A DNA stretch of 64,000 bases from Mesotaenium endlicherianum (lineage: Eukaryota), in NCBI GenBank assembly GCA_009602735.1, contig WELA01003053.1, positions 53,298 through 117,297 of the forward strand, written 5' to 3'. Within the stretch, counting starts at the first letter, position 1; every line of letters begins with the position of its first letter. The translations under genes were made by a program, and so were the position numbers. The notes below the pieces were generated by a model that was not told the origin of the DNA, did no database searches, and saw nothing but the letters and a program-made list of their open reading frames with translations. Of the stretch, positions 37,914-48,571 are shown in pieces.

Positions 37914-40900
37914 TCTCTTGGTCATGGGTGGCTTACCTGATCAGAGTCTTCTAAATCTTCAGCTTAATGTATTGAAGGAGGAGGATCAGACCTTTAAAGG
38001 TCTCTCCAAGTTTTTGGTCATTGAAGACAATCAAAAAGCAATTACAGACACTCTACAGGATATAGCTATGTATGCTAAACCTGCTTCACAGTCTATTTTG
38101 TCCTCTTCTGGCCAGAACAAGTTCAAACCAGACACTTCATCTCTGACTCCAGAGCAAGCAAAATTGTACTGCACATACTGCTAGCAAAAAGGCCATCAAA
38201 GAGATACTTGTTCCCAGCTTCTTCCTAAGGCATTAGCTAAGGCCAATTCTGCTCAAACTTCAACTTCAGAGAAAGGTTCAGTAGATGCACATACCTCTTT
38301 GTTGCAGGAGCATAGTCTCTTTGTATCTCCCCTCCTTACTAGCAGTCAGTCCCTTCCCGCCTGGATCTTGGACTCAAGAGCTTCTGCTCACATATGCCAT
38401 GTCAAAGACTGGTTTCAGACATTGACAGAGCTGGTTCCCCATATGCCCATTACTCTTGGCAGTGGTGCCATTGTCAAAGCCACTCACTCTAGCACCATAC
38501 CAGTCAACTTCTATGACAGACACATGACGTCACACCCAGTTCTCCTTCATGAGGTCCTATATGTTCCTCATTTGACTCACAATCTGTGCAATGTCAGCCA
38601 GGCAACAGCTAAAGGAGCTCAGCTTGCCTTTTCAGGCAACATCTGCACTCTCTTCAATTCCCAGCTTCAACTCGTTGGGTATGCTAAGAAGGTCTCCTGT
38701 CTATATGAGCTTCAGTGCAAAGCTTAAAGAGGTCTTCAGCAATCTACTCCTTATGCTACTTCCCCATCAGCATTGTCTGCTAATATGTCTGCTCAAGCCA
38801 AACTTTGGCATAGAAGATTTGGACATCTCAGTTTTCCATCTCTCTATAAGTTACAGAAAGTCCAGCTGGTTCTTGGCTTACCTCCTGAGACATTCTCTTC
38901 CCATTCCCCTCCTGATCTTTGCTCTCCATGCCTCCAAGGTCACCACAGTCTAACTTCTTTCTCCACTGAAGAGCACATTAAGGCTAGCAAGCCTCTGGAT
39001 CTAATTCATTTTGATATATCCGGACCTATGCAGACTCAGGCTCTTGGAGGTAGCAGATATTTTATCAGCTTTCTAAATGACTACTTTCGTTTTCCTATGG
39101 TGGTATTGCTCAGACAAAAATCTGACGCTCTTCAAGCCACTCAAGAATATGCAATTCTTGTGGAGAATTACCATGGCTCACATATTAAGGCTTTTCGCTT
39201 AGACAATGGTGGAGAATACACATTCAGTAAATTCCAAAATTGGTGTTCAGAGAAAGGCATTCATCAACAAGTTACTGTGCCTTATACTCCTCAACAAAAT
39301 GAAGCAGCAGAACGCTTCAACAGGACAATCCAAGAACAAGCCGTCTATGATTGCTGATGTCGGCCTCTCTACAAGATTCTGGGCTGTCAGACATCAGTTT
39401 ACATGATCCAACGATCTCCCTCCTCTCTTCTTCAGGATAAGACTCCTCATGAAATTTGCTCTGGTGCCAAACCTCAGTAGCTCATCTTCGAATATTTGGC
39501 TGTCCTGCATTCATTCAGATTCCCAAACATCACACGCAGAAGTTTTCCCCAGCTAGTGAGCCCTGTATCTTCATTGGCTGCTGCACAGCATCCAAGGCTT
39601 ACAAGGTGTACAATCCCAAGACTAAAAGATGTCTCATTTCGCGCGATGTACATTTTCAGGAGCAGTTTACCTCATAATTTAATTCCTCTGAGTCTCCTCA
39701 GACTGGTCCTGCGCTCTCCTTTGAGACTAAAGATATTATTGACGCTCCATTACAGGCTCCAGCTTTTCCTCCTCCTGCAGATTCAACCACTCCTATTTAA
39801 CCTGCTACTGCAGCAGCACCAAGGGCAAATTCATCAGCTTCTACTCCTGAAACTTCCCAAGAACCTTCTTTTTCTCAACAGCCTTCATCATCTGGAGTTT
39901 GTCCCCTTGCTCCTTCCTTAGAGCGCATTCTTGAAGACTCTCCAGTCACTGAACCTTCTTCTTGCATTTCCACTAGAGCTGCTACAAAGCCTCCCCATTT
40001 TTATAAACAGCTCATGTCTGCTACAACAGCGTCTTCAGATCCAACTTGCTACAAGGATGCTCTCAGCAGATTAGATGCCTCCAAATGGGAGCAAGCCATG
40101 CACTCAGAGCTGAAATCCATTGCAGTTAATTATACTTATGACCTAGTTCCTAGGCCTCCTGATGTTAACTGCATACCTACCATGTGGATCTTTGTTACTA
40201 AACGCACGCTCACGAGTGACATTGCCAAGTACAAGGCTCGTCTGGTTGCCCTTGGCAACAGGCAGAAGAAAGGCATTGATTATGAAGAAACATTCAACCC
40301 AGTGGTCAAATATAACTCTCTCCGAATTTCCTGGCTTTTTCCACCAGCCTTGGCCTGACAGTTCATAAAATGGATGTTCAGACTGCCTTTCTCAATGGCA
40401 CAATTAAGGAAGAAGTGTACCTGCTCCAACCACCAGGTTTTGCTGATCCATATGCTCCCAACCATGTCTGTCGCCTAAAAAAAGCTCTCTATGGCCTCAA
40501 GCAGGCTCCCAGAGCTTGGCACATCAAGATCAATCAGACTCTCCTTGACCTTGGTCTAGTCAAAAGTAAGGCAAACCCCTGTCTCTACACCCTCCCTGCT
40601 AAGAGTTATCATCTCTTTGTAGCTCTCTATGTAGTCATTGCCTCAGAAGATCCTTTTTGCTCTCTCGGAATTTAAACTCCATCTGGCTTCTTCAAATGAC
40701 GGACTTGGGCCCCATCAAGCAATGCTTGGGCATTCATATCCAGCAGAATCTCCCAGCATGAACTATTCCTCTCTCTTAATCTCACTACATTCAGGAAATT
40801 TTGCACCGCTTTGGTTTAATGAGTTTAAGCCACTCACTAATTCCATGGAGTCCTCCTGTTGTCTCAGCTCTAAGGATGCTCCCACCTCAATGGAGGTAAA

Positions 40901-42088
40901 GAAATTTATGGCCAAGATTCCTTAAAACCAAGCTGTTGGCAGCCTCATGTTTGCTGCTACCTGTACCCGCCCAGACATTGCTCAAGCTGTTAGCAAAGTA
41001 GCTGCATATATGCACAAGCTCAGCAAGAAGGCCTGGCAGGCAGTAGTTCATATCTTTCGCTACCTCATAGGCAATGATTACTCCTTAGTCTTTACCCAAG
41101 ACACAGCAGACATGGCTGTCTATGCCTATACTGATTCTGATCATGTTGCAGACCATGAGCTTCGTCAATCTACTGGTGGTTTTGTATTGATCCTTGCTGG
41201 AGGGGCTTATACCCGGCGTTCCAAAAAACTCACCAAAGTGGTTGACTCTTCTACAGCTGCTGAATATTTGGCTCTCCACAAAGCCACTACTCATGCTCTT
41301 CATATCAGGCAACTCATGGCAGACTTTGGCTGTGCTCCTGATGAGCCTACCGCTAATCTTACAGACTCCAATGGTGCAGTCTCTATCTGCAAACGAGATC
41401 AAATTGAGCAAGATAGCAAGACTGTGGAGAAAGCAGAATATATAATTAGACAAGAATATTCTCTTCATCAGATTTGTCCTTTGAAGAACTCTACAAATGA
41501 GAATGTTGCTGATGCTCTTACAAAGCCTCTTTCGGGCCCTAAGCATCAATACTGTTGCCAGCAAATGCAACTTGTTCTGTCTGGCACTACTTCTATCCCA
41601 GCAGTCACACTTCCCACTATCATTGCCTCTCCTGTCACTTATGCTCCCCAGAGCAGGAAGCGCCCTAGAGATCTCATAGAGTCAGACAACATCCTAGCTC
41701 CCCCTCAGAAAGCTCTCATCACTCTCAATACTAGTTCTCCTAGCACAGCTTTCTCTCCATCTATGCCTATCCAGTTTGATCTCAAGTCTCTTGTAGACTT
41801 TCCCTCCCTCATCCCCCAGCAAGCCTCCCCACCCAAGACTCCTGCTTTAATCCCCAGGCTCTGCATTTCTATCCTCCTGGCTATGGCCCTTTGACATTCC
41901 AACATCCTACAACCATCAGGCACAGGTGGATTCTTGGAGTCCAAAATCAGACACCTCTTCCTCCAGTGTCTCCTTTGCCCACTGCACACATCATGGCCAT
42001 ACTTGGAGACAATGCTAGACAAGCACACCTTTTAGAGCAGTCTAAGTTACCCCAGGACAACCTAGATTTTGAGGAAATTATGTAAAGC

Positions 42089-43911
42089 TCAATTTTCAAC
42101 AGAGATTTCTTTTGACTCTTCATTCCCATCAGACACTCTGAGACCGGTATGGTCCGAAGTGGCAAAAAACGCCCCAGGCGTCGATCTCCGGCCATCTCCG
42201 GCCAGGGCGTAGACCCATTTTTCTCCACCTGTGTGCCTGAAAGTGGAAAATTTTTCAACACCAATTTCCACCCGTGTGCCTGAAGGCGTAGCCGATTTCT
42301 GCGGTAAATGTGAAGTTACACTTAGCCATTTTTTGTGTCCAAATACTGGAAAACGGGTTAGACACTCGTTCACCTTTGCATCGTGATTGGTTGATATTTT
42401 GGCGCGTGCAAATATCGTTATACATGAGAGGAAACCGCCAAAAAAAAAAGTCAACATTTTACAATCTTTGGCCTCCTAGCCGTCACCCGGGCCAAAGACG
42501 TCCTTGGCCCATGTCGTCGGGTGGCGAGAGTGGCCTGACAGGTCCGCTTTAACGGAGGGCAAAGTCGACGGGCTGAGGGGGTGGCTGTGACAGGCCCATT
42601 TCACGTTGCCCGGTGAGTTGGGCCGAAATGTCCGGGCCGCGGATTTGACATACCACATGAGCGGGCAACCCGTCCTGGATTGTCCGCCCAATCTTGTCAG
42701 CGGAATTTGTGGCCTTTATTGGCCCGTCCGGTTGTCCACTCTACACGTTTTCCCATGTTGCCCGCTCACAACAATGCGGCCAAGGAACTCGGAAGGCGCG
42801 GGTGGCCCTGATTTGTCGTGCTCCTCTCTAAACCAATCAAAGTTTTTGATTTAACCCACAATATTGCTGATGAAAGTTTGGCCCATTTTTATTAACTCTC
42901 TGACGAGCGTAGTACATCGTTCCCATTTACAAACTGCACAAAAGTAGTCAAGGATCCAGGGCGCCAGCCCCCTTGTGTTCACGCCAATCGTGGGCTGAAC
43001 TACATGAGGGGCTAAAGATCCCTCCGGGTTAAACCTCTCAATGAGGTTTACCGTGAGGGTGTAAGCCTCCGAGACTAAATCCCTCATTATTGAGGGTTTA
43101 AGGGCAATACTGAAAGTCCATGAACATGTGAGATCTTGACACGCTTGAATATGGATGGACACCTGGTCGCGAAGACGCGGCCTTACTGACCAATCAAAAA
43201 AAATTCAACATCGAATCTCGAGTGTGCGGGGCTGAAAGAAAAAAAACAAAAGTCAATTCCTCGACGACTTTCTCTCAAAAGAGAGAAGCGTGTCGGCGAC
43301 TTCTGATTTCGGGGAAATCTAATTTTGGAATTTAGTGCTCAAAATAGCGTGTTCTAACTGGTCGATGTCTTTCCCAACTGCATGTAATTGTGTGCTCTGA
43401 TTTGTGTTCACTGTTCGATCTTCGGCGGGGGGGTCCGTTGAAGTGTGGTTAAAGTCCAAAAGCGGAGAAGTGGTACTTCTTCGCTCTTGAAGTTTGGCCT
43501 TTTCTCCACTAAACCGGTCTCAGAGTGGAGGAATATATCTTCGCTTCTATGGACCCACTCGTCCAGCTCTCATTTTCAGAGCCACTGGGATCCTCAAAGT
43601 AAATGTTTTTTCCTCCATCTTCTATGTCCCCAAAGGCCCTTAGCAAGTCCCAATCCCTGGTCCTCTGCACTTTCCTCTGGCCACTCCTCCATTACTTTAG
43701 CCTGCAACAGGCATAATTGTTTGACTTTGTTCAAATAGCATGGCCTCGTGGTCTCCTCTACTACCCCCCTAGGCCCCGCCGGCATATTCTCTTGTGCATC
43801 TTTCAATCCATCCTTGAACCTCTCCATTTTCTCTAAGAGCCCTAGTTTTCTTCCCGTATTTCTCCTATATTGACCTAGGCGCTCTTCGATCTCCTCCACA
43901 GACCACACCAT
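42089..43911 (-). pseudogene. Antisense ORF (~140 aa after removing the TIR element and one frameshift) in the Copia 3' region
   Basis: ATG 43911 MVWSVEEIEERL...; after a shift near 43630 the frame DIEDGGKNIYFEDPSGSENESWTSGSIEAKIYS|SDGNEESKEISVEN* stays open across the reconstructed empty site. Confidence 0.5.
42134..43527. mobile_element. 1394-bp non-autonomous TIR DNA transposon, CACT-ended (CMC/EnSpm-like), nested in the Copia 3' region
   Basis: Perfect 15-bp TIR CACTCTGAGACCGGT / ACCGGTCTCAGAGTG; 2-bp TSD GA on both sides; subterminal repeat cac(c/t)gtgtgcctgaa near 42226 and 42269; CpG-rich compared with the host. Confidence 0.9.
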
Positions 43912-44370
43912 AGCCGTTTCTCACACTTAGACACATCTAATTTGGCTGCTCTCTCACACTATTTGTCCTAGCTTATGCCTATGGCGCTCTACCTTGGCAC
44001 ATTCTATTTCTAAGCTATCTACTTCTTAGTGAGAGCCTCTTCCGCCTATATTTTGTCTAAGTACTAGCTCTTTCTGTGGTAGTCATGCACTCTCTAAGCG
44101 ATAGGGCCACCTTGCCATTCGTTGACATCAACCATGTCCCCTTGGGCAAGTCTTTTCGTTTCTGATTGGTTTCTCTTAATCTTACCCAATCACAGCAATC
44201 TGTCCTTGTGACACTCGTCTGCTGGCCACATCACTTGGTCTAGCTCAACTGTCTTCTTTCTTGCAGTCTCCCTTGTGGGCCCTCCCAACCTCTTTCACAC
44301 CGTTAGGCGACTCCAAATTCAACCGGTCAACAATTCAACATGGCCTGATGACTCCAAGACCCCTCAGTCC

Positions 44371-44379
44371 AGGGGGGCA
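44371..44379 (+). promoter_or_regulatory. Copia polypurine tract
   Basis: aggggggca directly before TGTTG. Confidence 0.8.
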
Positions 44380-44890
44380 TGTTGACTAATCCAGTCAGAT
44401 TAGCCAATTGACTTTTCTTGTTGATTTAGTTGACTTTCTGACAATGTGGCATATTATAGTCAAAATATATTTTATATCTTCATTCAGTTGACATTTCTAG
44501 TGTTCACACTATGTTCAGTCACATACTAGTCTTGATCGTACTCATTAGTGTTCACACTAGCTATATGACATGCCACATGTCATCTGATATTAGTTTTGAC
44601 TAGTTCTTTGCCACATAGCGTGTATATCACTTGTCAGTTAGTCCTCACAAGTAATCCAGCACAGGAGGACACTTCTCTAACTTAGTTTGACTAGTCAAAG
44701 GACACTACAGACTGGCAAGCATACAGTGCTAAAGCTGTAACACAAATTTCATTCTGCAAAAAGTTCAATTCACAGAAAGTTGACAAGCTTCATCTTTAAG
44801 CTCTTTTATTTCAGAGATTCTCTATGTAGAATTTCTATTTCTACATCTCTCTATTTTCTGCCTTCAAGCTATGGCAAAAATATCACAACA
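44380..44890 (+). repeat. Copia 3' LTR, 511 bp
   Basis: TGTTG...CAACA termini; direct repeat of 36667-37119. Confidence 0.95.
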
Positions 44891-47800
44891 GTACATGCAT
44901 TATATAATTTCATGTAAATGTTTATTTTGTAAGTTCTGTTGTGTGTGTCCCTTCGATCTTAGTGATGAGCTTTTTGATATTAATCGCACAATAATGCATC
45001 CGATCTTTTATTTGGCTACTAGATATTCACGTATTGTTATGTGCACTTGTGCAGGAGGTGTTACAAGCATGCCCGACTTTCTTCAAAAATCATGCTCCAA
45101 CGTCTTGACCAATGCGGCCAAAACTAAGACCACAAACTACTGCATGTATAATAATCAGCTCTTGCAGTTATTCACCTCATCGTTGTTTATTGCCGGGCTG
45201 TTTGGAGGACTGGTGGCGTCGTACACGACCACCCACTGGGGCCGCGTCAGAACGATGCTCCTCTCCGGCATCTTCTTCTGCATAGGAGCTGGTCTCACGG
45301 GTGGGGCCCAATTTTTGGCCATGCTAGTCATTGGACGCATCTTCTTGGGACTCGGCGTGGGGTTTGCCAACCAGGTGCGTATACATGTTTTGCTCCACAC
45401 TGTCACTTATTGAATTGCCCTCCTCGCGTGATACTCCTTTGCTTGATATGCTGGACATATAGTAGCCTATCTCTCATTGGTGATACACTACATATCTTGC
45501 ATGCACTTGCTTATGGCTCAATGCGAGGTCTTTGATGAACTCCCCAAACTTCAGCAATAAATACGTGTTGGTACATACATGTAAAGGAATTGGTTATAGG
45601 CACTTGTGCGTTGACACCTGGCACCACTGACAATGATTCTCTTTAATGCGTGCAGGCCGTCCCCCTCTACATCTCAGAAATGGCGCCTGCAAAAATGAGA
45701 GGCACACTAAATCAGTGCTTTCAAATGGCAACGACTATTGGCATCGTTGTCGTGCAGTTAATAAACTACGGCACGCAAAATGCGCACCCCTGGGGGTGGA
45801 GGCTCTCCCTCGCCTTGGCAGGCATGCCCGCTGTAATGCTCACACTTGGCGGCCTATTTCTTCTGGAAACTCCCAACTCCCTCATCGAGGGGAACAAGTT
45901 GGACAAAGGCCTGTTCACGTTGAAGCGGGCTAGGGGCGTCGAGAATGTGCAGGTGAAGTACCATAAGCTTGCAATTCGCGCCTCCCACGTTCCTTCCCTT
46001 CTGCGTGGCCAAGTTTTGTGTACGACTCTGATCAGCCCTCGCAGACTCGTCTTGCGGCTGCACATGCCCATTTCAACACTCCCATTCCATTCTGAGTTCA
46101 AATGCATTTTTGCTAGCAGCCTAGATGATGAAAGTGTTTCTGTTCATGCTGCCGTTTGTCACCTTGATGAACTGCTATACTGCGCTTGCGTTTACTCGAC
46201 CACTTGATCATCCTGGATGCTCAATGGCACCTCATGCACATACGGCCAGGGCTTGAATGTTGATCCTCCTGTTTTCGATCATTTCTGACCTCTGGACACT
46301 TGTTTCTATATTTGATATGCTAGTGCGACGCGTTGCTGCTGCTGTGCAGGTCGAGTTTGACGACCTCCTGGCTGCCAGCCAGCCAGAGGGCCAGCGAGGC
46401 ACGCCGCCCGTTCCTGACCATCCTCAAGAAGGAGTACAGGCCAGAGCTCCTGTTGCCGTGCTGATCCCCATATTTCAACCCATATTTCAACAGCTCACGG
46501 GGATCAACGCTAATATGTTCTATGTTGCTCCCCTCTTTTACACGCTCGGCTTTGGCGCCAGCACTGCGCTCTACTCGGCGGTGATCACGGGCGCCGTCAA
46601 CGTGCTGGCCACGCTGGTCTCCATCTTCTGCGTGGACAGGTTCGGGAGGAAGATACTCTTCCTTGTGGGCGGCGTTCAGATGTTTCTGATGCAGGTGGGT
46701 CTCCGCTGCTCGGCCCCTCGAGTCATATCGTCAATGCACACCTCGTGACAGGGAAGAATACTCACTGTAGAATCTGTCTGACTTATGAAATGTGAACTCT
46801 GATTGTTTTCAGCTTCATCCCTGATAATAGGTGATGCTTTTGTGTTTTCCGTCTGCAAGACTGACACTCCCTCTCGCTCCTTGCGCTCCTGCAAATGGCC
46901 ATTGGCGTCACGCTGGGAGTGACCTTTGGGAACGGCAACCAGCTGAGCACCGGTGTGTCGGCGCTTGTGGTTGTCTTCATCTGCGTGTATGTGGCTGGAT
47001 TTGCGTGGTCCTGGGGACCCCTCGGATGGCTGGTGCCGTCTGAGTTACAGCCGCTGGAGACTCGGTCTGCTGGCCAGTCCATCACCGTAGCCTCCAATTT
47101 CCTCTTCACGTTCATCGTTGGGCAGGCCTTCCTGACCATGCTCTGCCACCTGAGGTACTTGCCCTGCTCAACTCCCTTCTCTGAACTGTCCCTTTATGCC
47201 CCTGCCCGCCTCTTCACATCACATTCATCGGACATCATGTTGTGCCCCGGGGATTGATCAAGCGTGGGGTGGTGACATTATAATACACCTTGCATGGAGG
47301 CGTTAGCAGGCCCCTTGTTGATGCCAGCTGGCATTACACATGTACTAAGGTTTGTCTTCCAATGAATGTCGCGTGCATATGTTTGGGATATTCCTGCTTT
47401 TTGGCGGCTTCGTGCTCATCATGACTGTCTTCGTCCACCTCATGCTGCCCAAGACCAAGGGAGTGCCCCTGGCGGAAATGTCCGACATCTGGCGAACCCA
47501 CTGGTTTTGGGCCACGACCGCCGCTGGCATGTCTGCTGCAGCCGACCACGACGTGGAGCTGAGGACAGGTGCTGGTGCAGGTGCCCGTGCAGTAGCTGCC
47601 CCAGCGGAGCCTGCGCCACCTGTCGCTGTTGCGGGCCGCTAGAAGAGCCTTTGCTGCATTTGCAGCTAAGTTATGGAGTGTGTGCACGTGCATGTGGTCC
47701 AGATTCTATAGAGCTGGTTAGGATACCGAGGTGAGGTAATATGAATGGTGATTGAGGTTAGGATCAGTGATGTAGGATTGAGTATACATCATGCAAGGTA

Positions 47801-48571
47801 CTTGGAGGTGGTAATATATAGGCTCAGGTAGCCATTGACCAGATTGGTTCCAAGGTTTGGTGTGGTAGTCAAGCAACTTCATAAGGAGTGAGGCGATTGA
47901 AGATAGCCGAGCTCCATGCACTCAAAATCAATGAGACTCGTTGTGAAAAGGGCTGTCGCCTCCAGGTGGTACAAGGTAGTGATAGGGACGGTTGGTTGTC
48001 ACACCACTAGTCAGTAATTGGGCTAGTTACTGGCGCTGCTTGCGCTCAGTAAGTAGCTCAAATAATACTTTTCTGGAATGTGTTGCTTTGACTATCAATA
48101 AAGCAGAAGTCAGCAAACATGTTATTCATGGAAGGTTGCAAGTGCTTCGACGTAACACAGCACAATATATTGTGCACGAAAAGACATGGATGCGAATCAG
48201 AATGAGAATCTTACATCAGTTTGCAGACATCTTGCGCTCATCTTATGTATGGCCTGCGGGCTGCAATAAATTTAGAATCTGGACCAAGCTGGTTGAAAAA
48301 TATGGTCGTATACTCTTAGCAGCAAGTCCAGCACGAACATTTCTAGTGATGCTTGCGTATGCCTTAGCCTGGCGTGTATGTGTGCAATTGTTTGAAGGGA
48401 CGGGACCTTGGAACTTACCTTGGAAAAGTTCAAAATTATGGCCTGTGAGCTGCAGTAAGAGTCTGGAGCTACTTAGACGTTTTATACCAAAGAAGTTAGA
48501 ACCATCTCCAAGTAACTAAGAGCTTAACATAGCGTTCCCCACCCTCAAACTAGTGTCAGCCTCCGGAGCGC

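Larger units (their letters stand above)
37100..41894 (+). pseudogene. Copia gag-pol polyprotein, fragmented
   Basis: gag FDG.NF..W; knuckle CTYC*QKGHQRDTC; PR WILDSRAS; INT LWHRRFGH, HFDISGP, DNGGEY, QQNEAAERFNRT; RT YKARLVA, MDVQTAFLNG, LYGLKQAPRAW; RH YTDSD, TDS, NVADALTK. Confidence 0.95.
36667..44890 (+). mobile_element. Ty1/Copia LTR retrotransposon in intron 1 of the STP gene, same orientation, degenerate
   Basis: Two direct LTRs, PBS, gag-PR-INT-RT-RH order, PPT. Confidence 0.96.
36494..47642 (+). pseudogene. STP: Sugar transport protein (STP/HUP hexose:H+ symporter, MFS), probably pseudogenised; exons 36494-36632, 45055-45374, 45656-45952, 46350-46694, 46895-47154, ~47381-47642
   Basis: GGLLFGY.IGVTGGVTSM, NYCMY..Q.LQLFTSSL, GVGFANQ/AVPLYISEMAP, WGWRLSL, QQLTGIN, VDRFGRK, FAWSWGPLGWLVPSE; lesions: acceptors AA (46893-94) and AT (47379-80), compensating indels in exon 4, GYD>GYG, PET>LET/PKT. 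Confidence 0.9.

Noticed and set aside
42866..42925. CTGATGA and CTGACGA as hammerhead ribozyme cores
   Set aside because: No stem II closed by GAAA and no compatible stems I/III follow either motif
42851..43162. 103-aa minus-strand ORF as a transposase fragment
   Set aside because: No recognisable motif and a non-ATG start; noted only as something to BLAST
47992..48519. 175-aa ORF between STP and the radical SAM gene
   Set aside because: Non-ATG start, no homology recognised; overlaps the probable 3' UTR of the minus-strand gene
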